DNA of 64,000 bases from Octopus bimaculoides (taxonomy: Eukaryota), in the NCBI RefSeq assembly GCF_001194135.2, contig NC_068993.1, positions 62,452,686-62,516,685 on the forward strand. The letters are read 5' to 3'. Position 1 is the stretch's first letter. The number at the start of each line of letters is the position of its first letter. Of this stretch, positions 38,445-52,002 are shown one piece after another. The notes beneath the pieces were generated by a model. That model saw nothing but the letters and a program-made list of their open reading frames with translations. It ran no database searches and had not been told where the DNA came from. Position numbers and translations under genes: made by a program.

Positions 38445-38494
<50 letters not shown>

Positions 38495-39014
38495 ACACAC
38501 CAGGAGACACACACACAAGCATGTGGAATCTCAGACATATGCACATTAAAACGAACAGTCACACATACACACTTACAAACATACATATACACAGACGAGT
38601 ACATTCCTATAAACTTCTATGAACGAGGATACAATTTCTGATATGGCGTTTTTATTTTTGTTCAAGAAGAAATTCCATTGTGAGATATCTGCCATTAAAA
38701 CATAGATGTATAGAGATAAATGCCTTTGCAGATTTCTCTTTGTACAGGTATCAACAGGTGAATTAGTGGACTCTAGACACACGGACTAGTCATCAACTTG
38801 CCAATTTAATATTCTTATATTGATCAACGTATATTTATTCACTTTCTAGCTCAGATTCATGAAGTACTTTAGTATATTCCTGCGATACACGTAATAAACG
38901 GTTCTAACGTATAGTCTAAAGAAGTAGCTTGGAACCATAGAAATACCTGGCTAGATTCTATCTACACACGTACATATAAACATGGACATGCATACACTAA
39001 CTCATACACCCAAA

Positions 39015-39067
<53 letters not shown>

Positions 39068-39242
39068 CTATATAGGTATGCATGTATATATACATATATA
39101 CGGTATATATATATGCATACGTATATACATATGTATATATGTGTGTGTGCATACATACATATATATGTATACGTGTATGTATTTGCATGCATACGTATAT
39201 TTATGTATGCTCGCATGTATGTATGTATGTATGTATGTATGT

Positions 39243-39244
<2 letters not shown>

Positions 39245-39295
<51 letters not shown>

Positions 39296-39316
39296 GAGAT
39301 AGATAGATAGATAGAT
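39245..39316. repeat. (GATA)n microsatellite within a (TA)n/(TATG)n block
   Basis: Direct reading. Confidence 0.95.
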
Positions 39317-40080
39317 ACAAAATCAAGTAGACGTTGGCTATGACCTGTCGAGGTTTGAAATCTTATGTTTAAAGTTTTATCTGATGATCGTGGATTCTAT
39401 ATTATGTAATCTATTATGATTGCATTAAATAAGTAAAAGTCTACCAGAATGAGTGTCGTACATTTTAAACGCCATTTCTGTTTATGTTTTACGCCTACCT
39501 CCCATCGAGGGCCCACCCTCAATCGCATCTGTGGTTTAACTTGAATTTGTCGCTTGCATATTTACGGTATCCTACCATCACTTCATGTCTTCAATGTTGT
39601 TTATTTCACTATGATTTCTATAAGCTATTTCTGGCGTCCTACTAGTTGATGTGCCTTGATTCTTAAAAATCCTAATAATAGAATATGTGAGTATGTGTGT
39701 GTATGTGTGTCTGTGTGTGTTTCTATGTGTCTGTCTGAATATATATACAGAAAGAGAGAGGGTGAGAGAGAGAGGGAGAGCGTGAGAGAGATAATCACTT
39801 AATGCAACTGGTTCTAAATAAAAGATAGTACGCAATATATTGTATAGAATTTCTTCATATATTTACTTAGACTAAGAATTTGGCTGCTGCTCCAGATTCG
39901 CGCTGTGCAATCGATATAATCTTATACTATCGAGTTGTACCGAAGTCTTTCGTATAATTAAACACACGTATGTAAATATAGTAATTTGCTATAAAATACT
40001 GTAAACTAAATGTCATACATACACATACATATACATATACTAATTATATATGTACACATATACAAAAATATTTTTTTTTC

Positions 40081-40440
40081 TTTTACTTGTTGCAGTCATT
40101 TGACAAGGGTCGCATTTGACTGTGACCCCAGGACTTATTCTTTATAAGCCTAGAACTTTTTCTATCGGCCTCTTTTACCGAACCGCTAGTTGACGTGGAC
40201 GAAAACACACCAGCATCGGTTGTCAAGCGATGGTAGGGAGGACAAACACAGACGTACAAATTCAAACACACACACATGACATGGGCTTCTTTCTGTTACC
40301 GTCTCCAAATCCATTCACAAGGCTTTAGTCGGCCCTAGGCTATAGTAGAAGACACATTACCAAGGTGCCACGCAGTGGGACTAAACTCGGAACCATGTGG
40401 TTGGTAAGCAAGCTACTTGCCACACAGCCACTCCTGTGCC
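40081..40440 (-). mobile_element. SINE family B, near full length
   Basis: Minus strand starts ggcacaggagtggctgtgtggcaagtagcttgcttaccaaccacatggttccgagtttagtccc; internal (CA)n spacer; tail matches 54060-54250. Confidence 0.88.
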
Positions 40441-40446
40441 TAGTAT

Positions 40447-40546
<100 letters not shown>

Positions 40547-41995
40547 GTACATATGTATATATGTATATATATATATATATGGAGGAAGAGAATGAGAGAG
40601 AGAGAGAGACAAAGGGTAAGCGATGGCATTGACTTTGAATTCACCATAAACATGAAGGGGAAGGCTTGCTTGGAACCCCTTTTGGACAAACATCTACACA
40701 ATCTGGAGTGCTATACAATTACAATAAAAACGCAAACAACATCAACTGTTATAGCTTAAGGTGATATGCTAAAGTAGTATTTTGTAGCAAATTACTATGT
40801 GATTGAATTCTTGATTATGCTGCCGAATTAATTATTACTTGAGGAGATAATTTAATACCATACTCATTCGCAAATGAAATTTACATATTGAAATCAGCTC
40901 ATCAAAATAATGATACAGTCATAAAAATGTTAATGCTCTCTCGCTCTGTTTACGGATATGCATTATATCTACATCTTCTGATGTGTTTTGCTGTAAACTT
41001 AAGTAGGTTGCAATAGATCTTGGCTATGTAGAGACTACTTGTTTCCCCCCTGTGTGTGAATAAGCCGAATGCAGCTGATTGTATTAACATAATATAAATG
41101 TTAAATTCGAAAAAATATAACATCGCTTACATGTCTTAATTGATTTTTATCCAAAGTTACTTACCAGTTTAGTTTGGCGTATAAATTATCGTCGCTTATG
41201 AAAGAAAGAAATTGATTTTAAGATTATTGAATTCTTAGAATCCTTTGTGAGCAAATTATGGCTCAGCATGCAATATGAAATTTAAGAAAAGTCGTTGCAT
41301 TTATATAAATTGCCTGATTAAAACAATCCTTTCTTGATAAAACTCGCCGTTTATCAAATAGCAACTCTTGACTGCAATCTATTCTAACTCTGGAAACAGG
41401 GTTCAAAGGATGTTAGAGACCTTCTGCAGCGCTTATTTTCGCAGTAATTTTCATAAGAGTTACCATGCTTGCGTCTTCCTTACCGCCTCCGTCTATCTTT
41501 CTCTCCATTCCGCAAGAAGTAGACAAGCATTCAAGGTGGAGATATGTTTATAAAGATAGCATGAGTCCCACGCGGATAGGAAAGCCTTCTCTTTAATGTC
41601 GAGAGCTAATAGGCCCCGTTATTAGACTGTTTACCTGGGTCATTGCACGGTGATCGCCATAAGCTTTAAGCTTATATAAAAATACCATTATTATTATTTA
41701 CAAAATTGTAAAATACAGCATCGTATAACCGTATAACAAGACCATTCGCACCAAAGGCATATGTATGTGTGTGTATATGTAAAAACCGAATTATCCTTTT
41801 TGGTTTTATCACCTTTCATTCGTGTATATGTGTATATTTTATATTTTATACTATTGGGTTTTACCATTAGGTGCCCTGGAGAATTTGTTGCAATTGCTGG
41901 ACCTCGATTTCATCTTGTCTTGGGGCTGCTACTTCTCACTTTAAATTTTGTTATTGTGCATACATACATACATACATACATACATACATACATAC

Positions 41996-42064
<69 letters not shown>

Positions 42065-42769
42065 ACGATTCATCTGACGATTATTCTTTTGGTTGTTAAT
42101 TGATTAAATTGCCATTCCGCTNNNNNNNNNNAATGCGTAAATTGAAATATATATTTTCAGATAAACAGTTAAAATAATACTGTTCTATGAAACAAGTTAT
42201 GGGATATCACGGATATAAATGGACATATTAATAAATGCGCAACCGAAAATTAAGTCTTTTTTGTTTGTTTTCTGAATTGAAATATTGATTTCTGTCAATT
42301 GCGTTCAGTTCGAACGTATTTTAAATCCTATTTTTAAAGAAACATAAAGCATCTTTCACATTAATAACACTATTAAAACGAAGTGGTTTCATAATTGAAT
42401 CTCAAATTTCACTAGATATATTATCAATTATCTTTTAATATCTAAACTCTATGAAATTCATAAATATATTCTTTGTCAGATCATTTTTTTTTCCTTGATT
42501 GAAGTACAGCCCTTTCTTCTTTTCTTTTTTCTATTTTGTTATGTGATAACTTTTGAATTTCATCCAATGGCCGACTTCAAATTGATTAACTCAAAACTTA
42601 ATATAAAATACACGTATGGACACGAATGCTGTGGGTGACACAATCAATAAAGAATCGGACAAAGTGTCTTACACCATTTTCTAACATCGCTTTACACATC
42701 GACTTATCCTTCCAAACACAGTGGCGGTGGTGATGGTGGTGGGGCTGAAAATGTTTCTCCGTAAGTGAT

Positions 42770-42983
42770 TTTAATTTCAGATTTTGCCACAAGGGCAACA
42801 TTTTTTAGGGTACGGGATTGTCGATTACATCGACTCCAGTGTTCAACTGGTACTTATTTTATCGACCCCGAATGAGGAAAGGCAAAGTCGACCTCGGCAG
42901 AATTTGAACTCAGAACGTAGAGACCGGCGAAATACCACTAAGGATTTCGTCCAGCGTGCTAACGATTCTGCCAGCTCGCCGCC
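42770..42983 (-). mobile_element. SINE family A
   Basis: Reverse complement of 36184-36394. Confidence 0.88.
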
Positions 42984-43773
42984 TTAATAATAATAACAAC
43001 AACAACAACAATAATAATAATAATAATAATAATGATGANNNNNNNNNNGCCAGCTCGCCGCCTTAATAATAATAACAACAACAACAACAATAATAATAAT
43101 AATAATAATAATGATGATGATGATGATGATGATGATGACAACAGTAAAGTGAGAAGTGGAGCTGAAATATTTTCATAGCCAAATTTATATGCCGACTCTT
43201 TCTTAGCTGGATATAGTGTTCTATAATGGCATATTGATTTCTTGTTCTGACAAAAGACATAGAGTTTAGGTGATGAGTCTAGTCGATGGAATCAGTCCCA
43301 GTGTCACGTAGGATCAAAGTGAAATCCGACTTCGGCGGCATCTGATCACTGAAAACAATGAAATGAAAACAAATACCGTGCTTCGTTTAGACTAAAGCTC
43401 CACAATCACATCAACGAAACCACATTAGGATAGATTATGGGGCAGACAAATAGCGAGCGAGCTTGTCTTTTTAGAAGCGTTAGCGAAAGGAGATAAGGTC
43501 GCTGTTACTTAAAGTCTGGTATTAAAAAAAAAACCCTTTGACGTCTTGCCAGGAAATAAATGAAATAAAATGAAATGAAATGGAGCAGATACTTCCAAAG
43601 TCATAAAAAGTATTTCTCGAAACACGAAATAAAAGACAAAATAAAACGTAAGATACAATGAATCTATTAATATTCTAGTAGATGTTATGGTAATCCTTTT
43701 CGAAGCACCTCTTTAGAAATATTAGAAATAGAAACATGATGTCAAGCTTTGTATCTCCTCTGAAAAATAAATT

Positions 43774-43823
<50 letters not shown>

Positions 43824-44414
43824 GCACACACAAACACATACACACAAATGAGAAAATATATACAAACAGTCGCTCATATAAACATATACATACATATATA
43901 CACTACATAGATACATGCGTGGGTGTGTATATATGTGTGTATATATATATATATATATGTGTGTATATATGTATGTATATATATGTATATATGTATATTT
44001 ATATATATGTATGCATATATGTATACACACACGCACACATGTATATATATATGTATATATATACTCATGTACTCAGACACGCACATATGCAAATATACAT
44101 ATACATATATATGTATGAATATTATGTGTGTGTGTATGTGCGTGTGAAGGAATTTGCGCGCGTGTTACTGTCTGTGTGTTATGTACAACACGGCTTTCCT
44201 CTCGCGTCCATTAACCTAATATGACTGAAGTGTTTGTCATCTTTAAGAGCTTATAATTAATAATTCCCATCTTGCTCTTCAGAGGCTCCGACGAACGTTC
44301 TAGACCACTCACTTTGAAGAAAAATCTACTCTACATTATCATATCATAAAATTTATGACGTGATTCGGAATTTGCTGGAAACAACAACTAAATTTATCTC
44401 AAATCACATCTTAC

Positions 44415-44515
44415 CGGCTGAAAAATTTATTATAATTTATTATAATTTTCTTTCGTCCTTGAAGTGAATCTAATGTAAACCTCATCGCAAGATGGAGTAA
44501 ATAATCATAAATGTG
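44415..44515 (-). CDS. Candidate coding exon (101 nt, phase 0 to 2), product unknown
   Basis: Acceptor ttccccctcctctcatttttaaAG, donor CCG|GTAAGA; open in the frame of the upstream candidate exon (HIYDYLLHLAMRFTLDSLQGRKKIIINYNKFFS). Confidence 0.33.
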
Positions 44516-44897
44516 CTTTAAAAATGAGAGGAGGGGGAAAGCAAAGGAAACGTATAAAAAGAACAAAAACGAAGGTATACGAAAGAAGTAAAAAAAACTA
44601 TAAAAAATTGAAAGGAAAGGAGACAAGATATTGAATCAAATTCAAAAATAATATCATGTTAGATTGACAGTGAAAGACGAGGTGAACATTTATCTCTCTA
44701 GTCTATACTGGTGTAAAATGCCGTAAAACATAACATTTCTGTTCAGTCTAAAACGTAAAACAAAACTCAAATGTTCCAGTCAGAATACGTTTGAATAAAA
44801 ACATGTCTGCTTCATTTTCAACGCATTTTTCAATCGAATCAAACAGACAGATCTCATTCGCTGTGATCTTTATTTCTCACTTCTGTCACTTCTTTAC

Positions 44898-45089
44898 CAC
44901 ATCCGGCGCATATTCATCGTAGCCGTATTGTTGTTGAATTAGCTTCGTGCCGTTTTTGTTGATTTCTTTTGCGTTGTTTTTCGCGTTATTCTCGTCTGCT
45001 CTAGGTGCTATTTTTAGTTGTAATTTGGAACCATCGTTTTCTTCTGCTGTTATTACAGTAAATATTATTCCCATGCCAGTATTTCTAGT
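44898..45089 (-). CDS. Candidate coding exon (192 nt, phase 0-0), product unknown
   Basis: Acceptor ttttcttttatctacAG, donor GTG|GTAAAG; only one open frame: TRNTGMGIIFTVITAEENDGSKLQLKIAPRADENNAKNNAKEINKNGTKLIQQQYGYDEYAPDV. Confidence 0.45.
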
Positions 45090-45880
45090 CTGTAGATAAA
45101 AGAAAATATTCTAAGAAATTACATTGACAATGTCTAATGTAAATTCCACGAGAAATCTCATGAGAGTCAACTGTCTATGATTTCCCACCCAATACTTGAT
45201 AGTTGTTATTCTTAAATCCTATGGAATATGTTTCGATGCTTATTACATCAAAACTGACCAACAATGAATCTGGTTCTATTGTTTTGGTTAGATGAAACAG
45301 GAAATCAATATCGTCCAGATAAATCTTGGTACGTATGAGCAGAGTTGTGTCAAATTAACGTCTATAAAACTACTTTGGCGTTACGTTAGACGTTCTGGAC
45401 GTGCGATTCCAGCCCTATGTCCTCAGATCTTTGGTTTTCGTTATTTTATCTTTTTCTGTGTTATTAAGTTCCTTCTACTTGTGTATTTTCCGTGGTCCGT
45501 ATATGTTGTTAATCTTTGGTTCAAAATTTACAACACCATCCCTTTCAATAGTAGCACGTGATTTATGATGTTTTGAAACCAGCTACTCAATAAATATATA
45601 CTCAACATCATGTACTGAGTGTTCTCGATTTTTCTTTTTGAAAACAACCGTATAAACTTATGTATGCCAATATATATATATATATATATATACATATAAA
45701 GAGATAGATAGATAGATAGATAGATAGAAAGAGAGAGAGAGAGAGAGCCAGACAGACAGACAGAGAGGGAGAGAGAATGAGAGATAGGTAGATAGATATA
45801 GATATTGGTGGACAGATAGATAGTAAACAGATAGATACATAAACAAATAGATAAATAGATAGATAGATAGATACATAGTT

Positions 45881-45953
<73 letters not shown>

Positions 45954-46727
45954 TACACACACAAGTATGTGTGTGTTTGCGCACGCACGCAGAGTATTAT
46001 GCAGCCAATGAAATTGTTTTGGCAAGTAGACATGTCTATATGTCCTCGCACGGTCTGCCAGTGAGACTATTCTGTCTTGTTCAATGTTTCGCTTCAAGAG
46101 TCCATCCTTGCAGAACGGAATTATTACTATAGGTATTTACCATTATCGTAGTCATTACGGAGTGAAAGAGTTTCACTTACACATTTTTAGCTTTACTGTC
46201 TCTTTGCTTTCAATGCGATATTTCTTCCTTCTCTGTCCCTCTCTGTTGTCTATGTTATTGCTGTTTTTATTGTTTAGACCCCAATACTTCACTGCTGCTC
46301 CAGCAGACATATTTGGCAGCCATAGTATTTTGTGCATTTGGTTCTACATTGGGAATATTGTGTCTTCAAAAGACAAGAATAGGCCTGCTATTTTTTTTTA
46401 GCACGTAAAGCGACAAATAAGCAATCTGCCTTGTATATTCTTATATTGGTTGTGTTGTGGATTATTCTGGGGCAAGCCTCGGTCGAATAGAATCCTCATC
46501 AAAAATGTTCCAGTTGTGAACATCAAATCTCTTTTTGCATATCTGGGTTTTTATGGTCCAATAATTTCTTCCCCCTTTTAAAGTAGTAAAGTGTAATTTG
46601 AGGAAAATTTAGCAGTGTTTTCTTCGTGAGTATGGTTAGTAAATTATAATGTCTTATGCAGACATATTGTGAGATAATTATTTTAGTGAGATAACCCATT
46701 TAGTGAGACAAACCATTATATCTACTC

Positions 46728-47025
46728 CAGTGGTTCAGGTTTTTGACTCACGGCCGTAAGATCAGAAGTTCGATTCCCGGCGTCGCGTCGTGTCCTTCAG
46801 CAAGACACTTTATCTCACACTGTTCCAGTCCACTAAGCTGGTAAACATGAGTAGCACTCATATTTCAAAGGGCCAGCTATTTCACATTCTGTGTACCACA
46901 CTGGATCTTTCTGAGGACTACGTTAAGGGTAAGCGTGTCGGCCACTTGGACGGTATGTTCACGAGCAAGCTGTTCCGTTGATTAGATCAACTGGAACCCT
47001 CGTCCTCGTAACCGACGGAATGCTA
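46728..47025 (+). mobile_element. SINE family C, near full length (CORE-type)
   Basis: agtggttcagg...aagttcgattccc...gtgtccttcagcaagacactttatctcac...gatcaactggaaccctcgtc.tcgtaaccgacgg. Confidence 0.85.
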
Positions 47026-48557
47026 GCTTTATTTTCCTACACGAAAAGATGCGAAACAAAGCCGAAGTTTCGGGATTACAAATGAGAGCGTACAAGAACG
47101 TAAAATAAAAATAATAATACATGTTAAAATAATTATTATTACCGCATCACTAATGAGTGTGAATTTGAAACTTCTTATGTCACATTCTTAGTAATAATGA
47201 TGATTCCATTTAGTAGTTCCACTTATTTCTGTTTAGAAATCAGAAATTTTCTCAACATATGACAGAGGGTTGGAAACTTTGGGTGCAGGGTCACATTCTT
47301 CGTATGAGGTAACAGTCGTTTGAATTTCTGCGGAGAAGTTAACTGGTAGTAATTTTAATGGACTTGTATTTGGCGAAACGTAAAAGCGGCTGATTGAACA
47401 ATAACTCTAAGGTAACACACGACAGGAAAATTTATCTATAATATGATATAAGCATAAAGAAAGGGTGAGTTTTTGATAGTAATAATTTTTCAAATAAATT
47501 AGTTATAGACGCAAAACGAAATGCCAGCAGTCAAAATCTGAATCTATGCTGTGCGCTTTTAAAACGATTGTATTGCCTTAAATAAAGTGTGTCTTGAATT
47601 GGAGTCGATTCTTCACTTTCTCTTTCACTATTCCTGGCTGTGATCAGTTGTCCAAAACAGTCACGTGTCATGATGCCTTCCCTGACGACTCAGTCGAGAA
47701 GTTGAAGGCCTAAGGAAAGGCACTGTTGCTCTTTATGAAGCTCACAATTTCGCTAAATAATACACAACCGCTCATACGCAAATACCATATATACACTCGC
47801 ATTCGTATCCCTTCAAATACTTGTATACATAGACACAAAATAAAAAAAGTAGGTACACGGAGCCTTATATTCTCATGAATTCTCCCCTTCTCTCTGTAGT
47901 AATTGTGTTTGCTATACGGTTTCGAATCCCGATTGAGCTGTTATCATATTATCAGTTTCTATTCAATCAGGGGCAGATTGATGTTGCTTCAAATAATATA
48001 CAGAAGCAAAAACAGGTTTAATGTGTCTTCATGTATAACAAAACATTTAAGTAAAAAACATATCCAACAATAATAACATTTATTGCTTTACTGATTTAAA
48101 AGCAACAGCTGCTGAAGATTATATGAAATAGCCAAAGCAGAACACACAGATACGTCCATAAATATTAAACATCATTTCCAATTACATTCCAAATATATGC
48201 AAAATGGCACTAAGTGCAAAAGTAAATTGAAAACTCTTTTAATATTCTTTTATATATATATTTTTTTATTTTATATTTGGTTTGTTTTATGCATGTTTTC
48301 TTTTTCTGATTTCTTCTTCGTTTTTCTTGAAATGTTTTCCTTTGTAATCGCTTCATATCTATGCCATATATTGTCGTTTGCATTGTATTATGTCTTTCAG
48401 TAAATTGCCTGTATTTCCCTGTTTCAAATGGACAATTGATTTCTAATTCAATAGATATATCTCGTTATTTCGACTTACAGAACGAGACAATATTACCGAC
48501 AATATTATTTCAACTGAAAATCCCAGTTATCAAAGGAAAATGAAAAAAAAATCCTAA

Positions 48558-48800
<243 letters not shown>

Positions 48801-49328
48801 AAATGTCTTGATACAGTACCAGGCAGTGGCTCTCATGGCTTCCGATCTTAACTGATTGGAAGTGTTATTATGTACATTGTTTTGTCTTTGTAAAAAGATG
48901 GGATATAGCAAATATTCTGGTCATTACCAGAGATGTGCTTGTCAGTTGCTTGACCGTAACCTGTTGAGCATGTCCCTTAGTTGTTGACGATATGTGCATC
49001 TCTGATCACGTGCATAAGAGATGGGGGAGCATCATGGTCACGAGAGGAATTCTTTGGAGTTTGAATAATTCACCTCTGGAAACGGGTGTTTCGTTCAACA
49101 TCAATGAAAAACCTTTATTCAAGGACCATTTGAAGAAAATTCTAATTGGGTCCCACCTGCACGATCATGCGGTCTTTATCTTGATATGAGATCACCATGT
49201 CACGTACATATGGCTGCGATGCATGTGCCTGGTGTACCCTTATCAGATGGGTAATCATGAAGATTATACTGGGCTTCGTATATTGTACCCCAGTGTCATT
49301 CTGATGGCATGCATTGCTCTCTCTCCCA

Positions 49329-49381
<53 letters not shown>

Positions 49382-49386
49382 AAGTT

Positions 49387-49548
49387 ACAGAAAACGAGAA
49401 AGCAACCATACTCTGGGATATACCAATAAACACAGACTGAGAAATTAAAGCCAATAGGCCAGATACAGTTGTCAGAGATCATGAAGGAAAAAAATGCATT
49501 CTAATTGATGTATTAATACCAGCAGATGACAACGTTTCTTTAAAAGCT
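49387..49548 (+). pseudogene. R4/Dong-type non-LTR retrotransposon restriction-like endonuclease fragment
   Basis: TENEKATILWDIPINTD*EIKANRPDTVVRDHEGKKCILIDVLIPADDNVSLKA carries the RPD...IDVxIP motif of RLE-encoding elements; one in-frame TGA. Confidence 0.88.
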
Positions 49549-51870
49549 TGATACTGAACTATTAGGGAACGAGATGTTTGTTCATCTATTTCTATCACTG
49601 GTTGTAATGAAATCTCTCTAAAAGTNNNNNNNNNNNNNNNNNNNNNNNNNNNNNNNNNNNNNNNNNNNNNNNNNNNNNNNNNNNNNNNNNNNNNNNNNNN
49701 NNNNNNNNNNNNNNNNNNNNNNNNNNNNNNNNNNNNNNNNNNNNNNNNNNNNNNNNNNNNNNNNNNNNNNNNNNNNNNNNNNNNNNNNNNNNNNNNNNNN
49801 NNNNNNNNNNNNNNNNNNNNNNNNNNNNNNNNNNNNNNNNNNNNNNNNNNNNNNNNNNNNNNNNNNNNNNNNNNNNNNNNNNNNNNNNNNNNNNNNNNNN
49901 NNNNNNNNNNNNNNNNNNNNNNNNNNNNNNNNNNNNNNNNNNNNNNNNNNNNNNNNNNNNNNNNNNNNNNNNNNNNNNNNNNNNNNNNNNNNNNNNNNNN
50001 NNNNNNNNNNNNNNNNNNNNNNNNNNNNNNNNNNNNNNNNNNNNNNNNNNNNNNNNNNNNNNNNNNNNNNNNNNNGGGGAGGGGGAGGAGGAGGAGGAAG
50101 AAGAAGAGGAGGTATTAAGCAAAAATCTCAAACCGAAAGAACGATGAAAAGTATGTCAAAAAATGGCGATTGTTCTGTTTAAATTATCAATATTACCGAA
50201 GCTATCATATATCAATTTAGAAAACGGCTGATTCCATTTAAAGCTTTACAAAAAGATTTGTTTCAGGTTGTACATGGGAGCATACGACTAGATTTTAGTT
50301 TTAAGGGTAATCTATACAGTTGCATGGAAACTATATTATATTCTATGTCATTATACTCATATAATCAATATGGACTGACTTTTCTAAGGCGTATTATAAA
50401 ATTTCAATGCATCTTTTAACAGTATTAAACCTAGTGAAGAGCTTCAAATGTCTGTCATATACTGCTATTCACCATTCAGCTGCTGCCAACCGGTTATCGT
50501 TTTGAGAATAGAAATGTGTAAACAATACTCTTGGTTTCTTTTATATCTTCATATGACTGAAGATATTATTTGACACAAACTGTAAGTAGATGCTGTTAGT
50601 CAGAAGCTTTATATAACAGTATATGACAGGAAAACCATTTGTTCCACGTGACTAGATTCATTAAGATTCATAAAAAACGAACGCTGTTATGTTCATATTA
50701 TATTCTGTTATTAATACTTAAGTGTTTCCCTTTTTTCACACCATCATTCTTTAATGTGATACCTGAGCAGCCCTACTAGATTCTCCCATGCGAATACATT
50801 ATCTGATCCACAGAAGAATTTTTTTAAAAAATCATTAATCTCAATCGGCTAACAGCCAAGATTTATGATCTCATTAGTCTCACAACAATGTATCGATGAG
50901 GAATCTAAACAGAAGCAAGACTACCATGAATTCTGCTCACACTTTTCATAAGTGCCATCCAGTAATTATATTATTAAATACCATTGCTAAAGAACCCCAC
51001 ACATCGTCAGTTACTTCGGTAGATAACCTCCCAGATAAGCCTAGTCAGACGATGGAATTCAACAGAGTATTTTCTAAATTATATTTCCGTATGATTAATA
51101 TGGATATAAATGGTTTGAAAGACATCATACAGTCTACTGTATAGAAATTAATTATATTTTCTATATAAACCTACAAAATATGTACACGGTGCATGGCGAA
51201 CGCTGCACGTGAGGGCCTAAAGTCTTTCATGGTGAGTTTATAAAGCTTACGGATGTTACCGTCATTTACTAAAAATTACGATTAACAGATCAAACGTTGA
51301 GGAGCGTTTATATCGATCTTTATACTTTTGTTGATAGCTTAGGATAATTGCTGTTATATTAAAGGACAAGGTAATAAGTGTCCAAATAGATATCAAAATC
51401 ATTTGCGTTTTCGTCGTAACTTAAAAGAAGTGTATTAGCTGTGTGTATTTAGAAGATATTTCCACAAAAGAAAGTCGGCATTTATGCAGGCGATTCAATG
51501 TTGTTTTTTCTTTAAAAAATCCTCTTCTGAAATAACGTGCAAAACTTTGAGAAGTCCAATCAGGTAATCATCCCCAAAAAGAAATCACTTGAACATACCT
51601 GCCAATTGGCCAAATGCACGTAAGGAATAATTTCAAAACAAATACGTAAATGGCAAGTAAGTCAATCGATGCAACATCCTAAAACCTGGGTTGATCCGAA
51701 GACAACGTCTCTGAGCTGCTATTCGATATCTGAGATAAGAGCACGGGGGGGGGGTCTTCATTAAACCAAAAACGGTTGAGAAGTGGCCATGTAAATTGGA
51801 TAAGAGCAACTCTCGATTCGACTTCCCACCGTTCCTAGTTCGTATGTTCGTATGCTAATGCAAATAAATA

Positions 51871-52002
51871 TATTTACATTATTTAAATTTGATGGATGTT
51901 TGTGCTCATCTTGTTTGGTGTTAACACAACGTTTCGGCTGATATACCCTCCAGCCTTCATCAGATGAGGGCAAATATCCGTCAAATGTAAATAATGTAAA
52001 TA
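51871..52002 (-). mobile_element. Fold-back mini-element: 41-bp inverted arms (36/41 identical) around a hammerhead core
   Basis: Arms 51871-51911 and 51962-52002; same family as 4053-4126. Confidence 0.85.
51923..51966 (-). ncRNA. Minimal type-I hammerhead ribozyme motif (stem I shortened by the inversion)
   Basis: Minus: CAT CTGATGA A GGCTG-GAGGGTATAT-CAGCC GAAA CG T T GTGTT; AACGTT palindromic stem III; GUU cleavage triplet. Confidence 0.7.

Noticed and set aside
42673-42760. Possible exon on either strand (minus PHHHHHRHCVWK..., plus GGGDGGGAENVS)
   Set aside because: Built on a (GGT)n-like tract; the minus version hits a stop in the phase required by the 44.4-kb exon; ambiguous.
46181-46363. 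Minus-strand 183-nt segment with good splice-like ends
   Set aside because: All three frames contain stops.
47675-47709. GCCTTCC CTGACGA CTCAGTCGAG AAGTT GAAGGC
   Set aside because: No GAAA and stem I out of register.
48105-48140. CTGAAGA TTATAT GAAA
   Set aside because: No credible stem II or stem I; likely chance.
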